The translations under genes were made by a program, and so were the position numbers. 64,000 nucleotides of DNA. Origin: Eutreptiella sp. 'Long Island Sound 2002' (Eukaryota; Protista; Euglenida). Positions within the stretch are counted from its first letter, which is position 1, and each line of letters starts with the position of its first letter. Shown here in pieces: positions 36,403 to 47,771 of the stretch. The stretch lies in NCBI GenBank assembly GCA_964036045.1, contig OZ038378.1, forward strand, positions 156,240,001-156,304,000, given 5' to 3'. The notes beneath the pieces are model-generated. The model was not told where the DNA came from and ran no database searches. It worked only from the letters and a program-made list of their open reading frames with translations.

Positions 36403-36937
36403 CCGGAGGGGGCGACTACCATCGGTCCTGATGCGACCACCCCCCAGCTATCTGTCAAAACTCGGGGGGGGGGGGGCAGTGGGGGGGGGGGGTCCAGCCG
36501 GGGGTCGGGGGGGGGGGTCTGGCCGGGGGTCAGGGGGGCGTCCAGCCAAGGCAGGGGGGGGTTAGGGTTAGGGTTAAGGTTAGGGTTAGGGTTAGCCCTA
36601 GGGTTAGGGTTAGCCCTAGGGTTAGAGTTAGCCCTAGGGTTAGGGTTAGCCCTAGGGTTAGGGTTAGGAGTTGGAGTTAGGGTTAGGGCTGGGGTTAGGG
36701 CTAGGGTGTTAGGGCCTGCAGCCCTCCTGTAGCCCTCCTTCAATTTTTCTTGTTGTTTTAACACAAATATGAATTCTCTACAAAATTTTGAGTATTTTGA
36801 GTATAAACACATAGTATTTGGCGCCGGACAGTTTTCTCTAGGGACACTTGTTGGGGGCCGACCCGGCACCACTATCTTTCAAAACCCGGGGGGGGGGGGG
36901 GGTCGCATACAAGGACCCGGCCCGGCGGCCCCCCCGG
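36403..36937. mobile_element. 535-bp TIR element with a 10-bp TSD, carrying telomeric repeats
   Basis: Flanked by the exact direct repeat GGAGGTTGCC (36393-36402, 36938-36947). Ends CCGGAGGGGGC...GGTCCTGATGCGACC and GGTCGCATACAAGGACC...CCCCCCCGG are imperfect inverted repeats. Confidence 0.75.
36560..36716 (+). repeat. Interstitial telomeric (TTAGGG)n array with an 18-bp higher-order variant
   Basis: GGGTTAGGGTTAGCCCTA x4 at 36583-36654 (one copy has GAG), flanked by canonical and degenerate GGGTTA. Confidence 0.95.
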
Positions 36938-37109
36938 GGAGGTTGCCAAAGCGGTTGGGGGCAGTTAATGTCGGTTACAAATGTCATTGGAGCTGGCCCT
37001 CGCCGTCAGGGGGACAGCAGCTGGGCATAGGCTGGGGGCCCTGGAGGGGGGTTACCTCTCCCCCTTCCAATGCATCCCTGCCAGGGCCCGCAGGGGCGGG
37101 CCTGCAGTC

Positions 37110-37799
37110 CTACGTCCGCGCCTGGTCAGTGCTGAGGGCACGGGAGCCCTGTCGGGACCGGCGGTCCTCGGTCTCCAGCTCCGCAATCGACTCGCGCCGC
37201 CGCTGCCGCAGCCGCTTCAGGAACGACACGGCGGAGATCCCCCGGACGGCGCTGAGGTCCGCCGCCGGGGACGGGGGCGTGCCCGGGTCGGACGGGTCGT
37301 CGTCCAGCCCGAGGACGGGGTCGAGGGTGAACCCCGACGGAGGTCGCGCGTCCTCAGCCTCCCCGTGGGGCCAGGCGGGGTCGGCCTCCGCGGGCAGCAG
37401 CGACGGAAGCTCGCTGCTGTCGCTGTGGGGGCTGAGCGGCGTGGCGCGGCCGGGGCGCGCGAGGCTCAGGCTCAGGGTCTGGGCCAAGCGGCCCGAGAGG
37501 ACGCTGCTCGGGGCCCGGGGGCTGAGCCGGGGGCTGCCGGAGAGCGGGCGGTGCCGGCCTGGCGTCGGTCCGCCGGGGGACGGCGGCCGGTTCAGCGCCG
37601 ACGGGAAACGGGGCATGGTCATGTTGAGGGACGGGGAGTGCCGCGGCGGTGCGGCGGCGGGGCCCACGGCCGGCGCGCTCGGGGCGAGGCCGTCGTCGCT
37701 GTCCTCCTCGTCCTCCAGCCACGGCCGCGCAGAGTGCACGCCGTAGTGGTCGCACCACTCCAGCCACTTGGCGTAGTCCTCGTGGTTTTCGGCTTCTTG
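37110..37799 (-). CDS. Terminal coding exon (229 aa, Pro/Ser-rich, low complexity) of a minus-strand gene
   Basis: Acceptor CCCTCTCCAG|CAA GAA GCC at 37799. Very high GC3 codons. QEAENHEDYAKWLEWCDHYGVHSARPWLEDEEDSDD...STDQART then TAG at 37110. Confidence 0.7.
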   Translation of the reverse strand, partial: QEAENHEDYAKWLEWCDHYGVHSARPWLEDEEDSDDGLAPSAPAVGPAAAPPRHSPSLNMTMPRFPSALNRPPSPGGPTPGRHRPLSGSPRLSPRAPSSVLSGRLAQTLSLSLARPGRATPLSPHSDSSELPSLLPAEADPAWPHGEAEDARPPSGFTLDPVLGLDDDPSDPGTPPSPAADLSAVRGISAVSFLKRLRQRRRESIAELETEDRRSRQGSRALSTDQART

Positions 37800-37913
37800 C
37801 TGGAGAGGGACGACCGACGGACGAGGAAGGATGTGGGTGTGGGCAGCCGCGCCCATTAACACCGAAGGGATGGGCTTTCTGGAGGGGAGAACACCATCGC
37901 TGCATGCACACGA

Positions 37914-39160
37914 CTCCGAGCACACCACCACTCCGAGCACACCACCGCTCCAGGCACACCACCGCTCTGAATAGCGATGATCTTCCCTGGACTGGGTCGG
38001 CGAGTACCATTCTCGAGAAGAGACCCACAAAATTTGATGGATTTGAAAAATAGTTTTTACTTCTTCGGCCCACAAATCAGCTGAGTGGCATCAAGAATGT
38101 CCATTACCTCCGAGCACACCACCACTCCGAGCACACCACCGCTCCGAGCACACCACCGCTCCGGGCACACCACCGCTCCGAGCACACCAGCCACGGGGGG
38201 GCCGTCTCCTCGCTTTTGTACGCGACCCCCCCCCAAGTAGAAGTGGGCTGAAGGCCCCTTTGGGGGGGGGGGGCTTTTTTGGGGGGGGGGCTAGCCGCCG
38301 AGGAGGGCTTCTCTAAGGGACTTGCTAGTCGCTACTAGTTGCGGGGGGGGGAGGGGGGCTCGGGGAGAGGGTTAGCAGAGGTCTAGTTCAGTTTGGTAGA
38401 GACGCGGTGGCCTGAGGGGTTACTCTACAACAACGGAGGCCTCCACTCTACCTGCTCACCCGTGCAAAGGTGGTTGTAGACGCCCACACCCCCTGCCTGG
38501 GAAGGGCCGTATATACATGCTTTCCTCTCCGACACGGCCCGTAACACCGGAGAGCAGCCGGGTGCCTAGCAGGTTGCCCAGGCCTACGAGGCACCCGATT
38601 AGTTTTGTTTTTTCCTTCGCCGTACACACAAGTACTGCTCTATGGTAATGGTATTTTTTTTCCATCGCCGTACACACAAGTACTGCTCTATGGTAATAAG
38701 TTTTTTGTTCCTTCGCCTTTTCCTTCGCTGAAAGCACCTCGCAACAAACGACATTTGTATAGCGCCTCGTCTTGCGATATCTGGCGCTCAAAAGCTCTGA
38801 TCAAAAGTGGCTGCCTCAAAATCAAAATTGGCTACCTCACCCCTGCCTTCTTGGGGGCCCGCAAGTGGGTGGAAATGCTACCTAACCCTTGCATTCTCGG
38901 GGGTCCCCAGCAAAGGGGACAAAATTTTCGGGCGCCTTTGGCGCCACCATATGTATGGCCAGTAGACATTGACCCTTGGTAACTAAGTGGGCCCGGAGGG
39001 CAGGGAGGGGGGGTGAGGGGGGGGGGGGGGTAGCGTACCCGAACTGAGGAGACGGCCCCCCCGTGACACCACCACTCCGAGCACACCACCGCTCCGAGCA
39101 CACCACCGCTCAAAGCACACCACCACTTCAAGCACACCATCACTCCGAGCACACCACCAG
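37914..39160. repeat. 17-bp minisatellite CCGAGCACACCACC(A/G)CT in three blocks
   Basis: Blocks at ~37914-37970, 38110-38191 and 39066-39160. The last two are separated by the 38192-39065 insertion. Confidence 0.9.
38192..39065. mobile_element. hAT-like non-autonomous element, family B, long copy (874 bp)
   Basis: TIR CACGGGGGGGCCGTCTCCTC / GAGGAGACGGCCCCCCCGTG. 8-bp TSD ACACCAGC / ACACCACC. Contains a 48-bp internal duplication (38617, 38665) and a satellite dimer (~38802-38925). Confidence 0.85.
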
Positions 39161-39345
39161 CACCCCTTAGGCCACCACATCCCGGCCCATTCTCAATGTG
39201 AACGCTACCCCAAAATGTGATGTTCCCTAACATGCGCGGTGCACTCCGAGCACACCACCAGCACCCCTTAGGCCACCACATCCCGGCCCATTCTCAATGT
39301 GAACGCTACCCCAAAATGTGATGTTCCCTGACATGCGCGGTGCAC
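39141..39345. repeat. 101-bp tandem duplication
   Basis: CACTCCGAGCACACCACCAGCACCCCTTAGG... starts at 39141 and 39242. Confidence 0.9.
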
Positions 39346-40338
39346 GGGGTGCAATTTCAGCACCCTCAAGGGGGACTCGACCGGCAAGGAGGCGGGACAC
39401 AGCACGTGCAGCCTGGGCGCCGGTGGCTCTGGGTTGCTAACGAAGTGGGGCCAGCAGGGCCCGCTCACAAAACTGCGGCTGGCAGCAAGAGGATGGGCAG
39501 GTGGGTGCCGCGGGCAACAGTGCCGGGGGCAGCAGCAGGAGGAGAGGGGAATGGGCAGTGAAGGCCGGGGGCAGGAACAAGGAAGTGAACGTGCCAACAT
39601 CAGAAGAAGACGGAAGGCTCAGAGTCTCCAGGCACCAAAAAAGGGCGAGGCATAGCGTTGTGCATGGGGGATCGCAAGGATGCGGAGGCAGGGCTGGAGC
39701 TCCGCCCTGCTCCTGAATGGCGTGGGGGGAACAGGCACCTCCCCGTTTCTTTTTTGGGTCTGCTTGAGGCCCATTCGACGTTTTTCTCCGTCGGCCTTGG
39801 GGCGCATGCTGCACTTCTGTCAGCTCCGGAGGGACCCATCAGCCGCTTGGGGCGCCTCCTATCGTCCCTCGTGGACCCCGTGTACGACATGGCGCTCAGA
39901 GACACAGGGCCCCGGACAGTCACCCCCTCTCCTCTTCCGATCTGCGTTCTCGTCGGTTTCGGATCCCCCCGGCCGGGCCCCGGACCCCCTGAACCCTGGA
40001 ACCGCCCCCCCCTCCCCCAACCACGGCCCCAAAAGGTATGAAATGCGCCGATCTTCTTTGGGTATTGTGCCGACAGAGGCAGACATTCTGGTCCGCTACT
40101 GATGCCTCGTGTTGGAGGGCTGGCACGAAGGCTCCTGACAAGGGCCTGGGGATAAGCAGAGCAACTGAGGCTTCCTGTCGGGGCTGCATCCACCTCAAGC
40201 GATTCTTTGCCTTTCCCTTCGAAATCCAAGTATCCAGTTGTCCTCCGTCGGTTTCCAATCACTGGGACCCATGTCACGCCTCCTCCCGCCCGGCCAGCCT
40301 TGGGCGTGCAAGGCTGCAGCTCCAGCCAATGTTCATAC

Positions 40339-40434
40339 CTCTGCGGCTTTTTGTTCTTGGGATTGCGTTGCAGCATCGCCACTCAGCCGTTCCATCACCT
40401 CGGAAACATTCCGGGAGTTCTCCCGGAGCAGCAT
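40339..40434 (-). CDS. Probable internal exon (phase 0-0), coiled-coil-like
   Basis: TCTTCAG|ATG CTG CTC...GCA GAG|GTATGA; encodes MLLRENSRNVSEVMERLSGDAATQSQEQKAAE. Confidence 0.55.
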
Positions 40435-40559
40435 CTGAAGACGACAGTTTAACAGGCGCCAGCAGATGCTTCTTCCCTCTGAGTGTCTCCACAGACTTGC
40501 CGCAGCAGGCAGCAGAGTGTGAGAAAACGGGGAGGTCCCGGCAAAACTGGGCAATGGAA

Positions 40560-40870
40560 TTTCAGTGCCAACCTTGTGACTACTCTGCAGGCACTCTGCA
40601 GGCTCGTGCTGCAGGCTTGTGCAGCATCCAGCAGCCTTCTGTTCTGAGCGGCAACTCCCTTGTTGCCGTCTCGCGGTGGGCAGTGTGCCACCGCTGTTGC
40701 CTCCCTACGGAGGACTGGTGCCTCCCTACGGAGGACTTGTGCTTCCCTGCGGAGGACTTGTGCTTCCCATTCGAGGACTTTGCGGATGCTGCTCGGCTGC
40801 TGCTGCACTCTGTAGGTTCGTGCCGATCGTGCAGATACAAGTTCCTGTTGCAGAAAAGATTGCTCCTGAA
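40560..40870 (-). CDS. Probable coiled-coil exon(s) containing a 21-bp (heptad) tandem repeat; boundaries unresolved
   Basis: ORF 40449-40925 reads IRKVLEWEAQVLRREAQVLRREAPVLRREATA...NRRLLDAAQACSTSLQSACRVVTRLALK. The 21-bp units lie at 40700-40783. Confidence 0.45.
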
Positions 40871-41794
40871 ATTCTGTCCCTCTCCAGGTCCACAAGGAAT
40901 TTCTGGAGGAGGCAGGATGCAGCACAGGTCAGCCTGGGGCCCATTTGTGTGGGCAAAGCACATGCACACGGTGTTGGGGAGAAAGAGAGACACGAACAAC
41001 GGGGACCAGCTTTTGAGGGGCGGTGCCAGCCGTAGCTCGAGCAATACCACATGCACGTCGTGCCTCATGGGGCTTTGGGACTGGAGCACGAAAGTGTTAA
41101 CCATGGATGCAGGTGGGGGGAGTGCACACAGAGGCCTTGGCACTTGCAATGCACAAACATGCACAATCCAGTGGACCCAAAATGCAAGTGATGGGATCCA
41201 GCCAACAGTGTCTAGAAGCGCCCTTCAATGCTGCTGTCAATGTTGCACCACGTGTCGTCCGGCAGGGAGCTGCGGCACTTGCTATCCATGTATCCGGCCA
41301 CACTGACCGATCTGTGGGCGTCACGGGAACGTGGGTCAACAGCCTTGCGCAACGTGCCAAACTGCTTGTGGAGGTGCATTTTGCTCAACGAATTTGGTCA
41401 TGAGACACAGAACAAGAACTGGATCGGGCAGAAATGAACCAAAACATGATGCCCAAAAAATGCACAATACTGTACATAGCCAAACCTGCATGTGCATCCC
41501 CCCTGTCGATGGATGCCACAGGGGCCCTTCTCGGGTAAAAAGCTTCCTGCTCCACCCTCTCCCCTGCCCACCTGCAGTGCATTCCCCAATTGCGGCCTAT
41601 TCCTGCGAATGCGCACGTTCAGCGCCCCTTTAGCTTTCCTCCCGCCGCGTACTGCGATGTCATGTTTGACTTGGCCGGTTGCATGGTCATGTCCCATACC
41701 TCTTCGCACGCCCATCCCCCAACGGTACCGACGCCTCACATGGCTCTCCTTCCCGGGATCACGCAGGGGCACACAACACTTTTTGGCGGGAAGG

Positions 41795-42184
41795 AAATTG
41801 CTCTGCGGGGGGGGGGGGGGGACACGGAGGCCCATTTTCCCAACCCCCCTCACTCCTGATCCGCCGTGACAGGAGGAGGGGTTCAGGGTGGGGGTGCCCG
41901 ACCTGCCGTGCTGGGGGGGGGGGGGTCAACCCAACATCTGGCTCAAAATGATACCCACGTCGGGCTGATCATTTTGACTACTCAAATGTGGGGGGGGCAG
42001 GGCGGATTATTGGTGGAAAAAACTTTTTCGGGCCAAATTTTGTGTTCCTGCGCCTTCGGTGCCAACATCCGTTCTTACACAAAACAAAGGGCCCGGCACG
42101 GAACCCCATTTCTCCAACCCCCCCCCCCTCCTTCGGCGGGCGTCCATGTCACTCCCCCCCCCCCCCCCCCCCGCAGAATAATTT
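41795..42184. mobile_element. MITE with G/C-tract TIRs
   Basis: AAATTGCTCTGC-G(n)-ACACGGAGGCCC versus GGGCGTCCATGTCACT-C(n)-GCAGAATAATTT. Confidence 0.65.
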
Positions 42185-43437
42185 TCAGGTCGCCTTTTCT
42201 CCATCAAATAGGGTCGCATTGACAGTGCCACGGCAGGGCGTACAGTGATGAAATAAGCACAGGTTTTGGCAAAGGCCAGGGTACTTACACCGAATGTAGC
42301 TCAAGACTGGACCCCCATGGGTTCCCCTGTTGGTGCTGGAGGGCAAGCAAGTTGAATCTCCCACTTCCTGGGGTCCCAATGTGCCTTGTGGCGCTTTGGG
42401 AGGGGGCAGAGGGCGATTTCCCACCAGGGGGGGGTCCCTGGGTTGTTTGGGTATGAGGTATAGTTGTTGCGGCATGAGCACGTTCAGCATTTTGCGGTAT
42501 GTGTGGTTCGCTGCGTGTATTTTGTGCAACGATTCCGGTCACTGTGGATACATGTACTGCACGTGTCTGTGGTGTTTTTGTGCTTCTTGAGCCGCCGTGT
42601 GGCTCGATGGAGTGGGAGGCGTTTCGAGTCCTCATAGATGGACTGCACAGTGCGCTTCGCCACAGTGTACGTGCTAGGGGTGGTGCTGTGATACGTGATA
42701 TTCTAAATGTTATCTATTGCACAGTACCTGTCGTTGTGTTTCTTCGGGGTGGTGCTTCAGTGTGAGGGTGAAATATGACCCCTTGACTGCCATGCCCCGT
42801 TCTCTACGCAGATGTTCCGGATCAAGCTCAAACCCTTTTTTTTTGAGATGTTTGGGGCTGAAGGCCGCCACGCCCGCCGCAAAGCCAGCCTTGCCGCCCC
42901 ACCCAGGCCCTTTGCCCAAGCCTAAGGCGTGGCGGTGGCCCTCCTGGCCTACCCTGCAGGTGGAATGGGTGATGCTGTGTGTACATTGCCTTGAGGTGGC
43001 GTATGAGTTCCCAGTTTGCCCTGTCACACAAACACAAGCGCAGTGATAAGCGCGCTTCACGAGCAGTAATGGCATGTCGTCTCGTCGCGTCCTCCACCCT
43101 TGTGTGCGAGGTCACCCACCGGTCGTCCACCTGGTGTTCAGGTTGGGCACGGCGCAGGGTCGCGCGTTCGGCACGTTCGTTGCCGGTGTCGCCCGCACGA
43201 CAGTCCGTGTGAACCCTCGGACGGCCGGCTCCCACTTGCCAGGCTTCCTGGAACCACGAATCGGTGTTGGGGGATGGTTGCGCTGCGGGGCTATCCCTCT
43301 TGCCTGGACACGAGGGTGCACCCACGGGTCTGGGTACTTGTGACGGGTTGGACGGGGCCACGCAGCGCGTCAGCAACGATTGGCGGCGCTGGTTGGTCCC
43401 GGGTGGGGGCCGCCAGTCATCGGCGGAGTACCTTCAC

Positions 43438-43738
43438 CACCGGGGGGACGTCTCCTCGCTTTTATACGCGACTCCCCCCCCCCAGTAGAAGTGGGCCGAA
43501 GGCCCCCAAGGGGGGGGGGGGGGGGGGGGGGGGGCTTTTGGGGGGGGTTCAGGGAGGGGCGAGGGTGGGGGGGGGTTGGGAGGGTCGGTTGGAGGGGGGG
43601 GTCCAGGTGGGGCGATTTAGGGTGGTGGGGTGGAGAGCGGAGGGGGGGGGGGCACAGGCTCCCCCTACCTCCCCTTGCCCTCAATCTAAGGGAGGGGGGG
43701 GAGTCGTTTACCACAACGGAGGAGACGTCCCCCCCGTG
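43438..43738. mobile_element. hAT-like MITE, family B, short copy (301 bp)
   Basis: TIR CACCGGGGGGACGTCTCCTC / GAGGAGACGTCCCCCCCGTG. 8-bp TSD ACCTTCAC / ACCTGCAC. Left arm homologous to 38192-38290. Confidence 0.85.
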
Positions 43739-43887
43739 ACCTGCACTCCCCGTATGCCCCTTAAGGAGACCCACGACAGAGCGGGGGCGCGTGACAAGGA
43801 GTTCTTGTCCTCGCTCCGTTGCTGGGGAGTGTGCCCCTAATCCCCATCCCCAGTCCCCGTCGTGTTTACTTTACCTTAACGGAAAAC

Positions 43888-44019
43888 TTGGCGGCAGTTG
43901 GTGGTTGGCGGTTGGCGGTTGGCGGTTGGTGGCGGTTGGTGGCAGTTGGCGGTTAGCGGTCGGTGGTCCCTTGGGGCGGTCCTTAACAAAAAAACAATCT
44001 GGTCCATTAAGGACCGCCC
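43888..44019. repeat. (GGCGGTT)n short tandem repeat ending in a 13-bp perfect inverted repeat
   Basis: GGGCGGTCCTTAA (43974-43986) / TTAAGGACCGCCC (44007-44019). Confidence 0.8.
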
Positions 44020-44597
44020 TGTTTACTACTCTTCTGCCAAGAGATTATCCAGAAGTAGGGGGGTAGGGGCCGGTGGATCTTTGAGCTGCCCAACAACATT
44101 CATTGGTACCTCCGTCGTACTTTGTCCCGTCTGACACCAGGTACTCAGGCAGCCCCCATGGGAAAACGAGCCACTTCTGGGCACGCACGCGCCGTGCCAT
44201 CCCCTTCTACCACCACAACCACAACGCCCGCTGATCTGGCCCTGCCCCGCCTGCAATCGGACCTTGGCCTTGTTATGAAACAGGGATGACTTTTGAAACT
44301 CTGCCGTCAATTCAGACCGTTCGTTGCGAGAGGGTAACGCCGCGGACATGCCCAGCTGCAGGCTCATGTTCGTCAAGGCCACGCCCGCCAGACAAAGGCA
44401 CATTGCGGGATTCCGCACCACATGAGATCTGATGATAGGACAACGCAGGAGAGAAAGCGTCGGTGTGAGGGCGGGATTGGCGACCAAGGCAACGCACGTG
44501 CCGCGACCATGCGGATGCCATGTGCCAATCACAAACGCACGTCATTGTACGCGTGACCATGTGTCTCAAGAAAAGTGGCGTGCACAGAAATGGAGAT

Positions 44598-44641
44598 TGT
44601 GTGTGTGAGTGTGAGTGCGTGCGTGCGTGCGTGTGTGTGCG

Positions 44642-44705
<64 letters not shown>

Positions 44706-44740
44706 TGTGTGTGTGCGTGTGTGTGTGTGTGTGCGTGTGT

Positions 44741-44813
<73 letters not shown>

Positions 44814-44852
44814 CGTGCGTGTGCGTGTGTGTGCGTGTGTGTGTGTGTGTGT

Positions 44853-44909
<57 letters not shown>

Positions 44910-44940
44910 GTGTGTGTGTGTGTGTGCGTGCGTGTGTGTG

Positions 44941-44986
<46 letters not shown>

Positions 44987-44989
44987 TGT

Positions 44990-45023
<34 letters not shown>

Positions 45024-45038
45024 CTGCCTGTGTGTGTG

Positions 45039-45114
<76 letters not shown>

Positions 45115-45125
45115 TGTGTGTGTGT

Positions 45126-45165
<40 letters not shown>

Positions 45166-45178
45166 GTGTGCGTGTGTG

Positions 45179-45236
<58 letters not shown>

Positions 45237-45244
45237 TGTGTGTG
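44598..45244. repeat. (GT)n array, ~650 bp
   Basis: Near-continuous GT with sparse GC/GA/CT/AT interruptions. The His/Thr and Cys/Val ORFs over it are artefacts. Confidence 0.98.
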
Positions 45245-45327
45245 ACTGGTACCAATGCAGGCGTCCCGGCTGTCCCACTTTGTTGAGGCTGGTGTTGATC
45301 TGGGGGCGTCGTTATGCAGTGGGTTAC

Positions 45328-45440
45328 CGTCAGCCCACCCCCGAGTAGCTCCGGGAGGTGGTGGGGCAGCCCCTGGTAGTGCCATGTTGTCGGGCGGCCG
45401 GTTCTTGGGGGTGTGTGTCCGGTGCCTGTGGCACCTGAAT
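45328..45440 (-). CDS. Candidate 113-nt exon in the island between the two (GT)n arrays
   Basis: Acceptor CTCCCCGTAGCTCTCCTGCAG| at 45440 and donor GACG|GTAACC at 45328. Two of three frames are open. Confidence 0.3.
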
Positions 45441-45516
45441 CTGCAGGAGAGCTACGGGGAGGTGAAATTTTTATTCATTGTTCTGGTACAGGGCGGTTCT
45501 TTGGGAGCGAGGGCAG

Positions 45517-47249
<1,733 letters not shown>

Positions 47250-47771
47250 CACATGTGGGGCGGGGGTCACCGTATCATAGAGGAAGGCCTGCGTGGGTCT
47301 GCGGGCCGGCTGGCGGGAAGGGGGGTCCCCGTGTCTTTGTTGTCGCTCAGGGCGGCAGGAAAAAGAAGGCGCACCCCTGCATGCGGCCCTCACCAAGGCC
47401 AGAGCCTCTGGGGCGGTGTGGCGTGTGCACATGTCGTGGATTACGGTAGGTACGACCGGTGCTCCGTGCTTAGTACCACTTTGGCTGACCACATCATCTC
47501 TGTCAGCTGACCAAGCAACACCCCCCCTCAGGGATGTGCTTATCTACGGGGGGGTGGTGGGCAGGGGGGGCTGAATTACGAGACCCAGCCACCACAGAAT
47601 TTGAGAAAACCCAGTGACCCAGAGCTTCCGGTGGGTGTGGGTAGGGGGATGGGGGGGGGTTTGGACAGCCAACCACCCACCCACACAGCCAGCCACCAAA
47701 GCAGTACACAAGACACGAGCATTGGACCAGCTTTCAGAAATTTCAGCAAATTGTTGAAGCATATGAGCAGT

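Larger units (their letters stand above)
36327..37080. mobile_element. hAT-like MITE interrupted by a nested insertion
   Basis: TIRs CAGGGGTGCATTCGAAGG / revcomp CAGGGATGCATTGGAAGG (16/18). 8-bp TSD TCAGGGCC / CCAGGGCC. Confidence 0.8.

Noticed and set aside
36769-37859. Plus-strand ORFs of 325 and 292 aa
   Set aside because: They are antisense to the GC-rich exon at 37110-37799 and run through MITE sequence.
40038-41306. 422-aa Cys-rich plus-strand ORF
   Set aside because: Probably the antisense shadow of minus-strand exons that have canonical splice sites. No domain is recognisable.
43100-43260. RNase H-like motif (AGDTGNERAER) on the minus strand
   Set aside because: The histidine and the catalytic Asp of GNE.AD are missing and no RT is nearby, so a chance match is likely.
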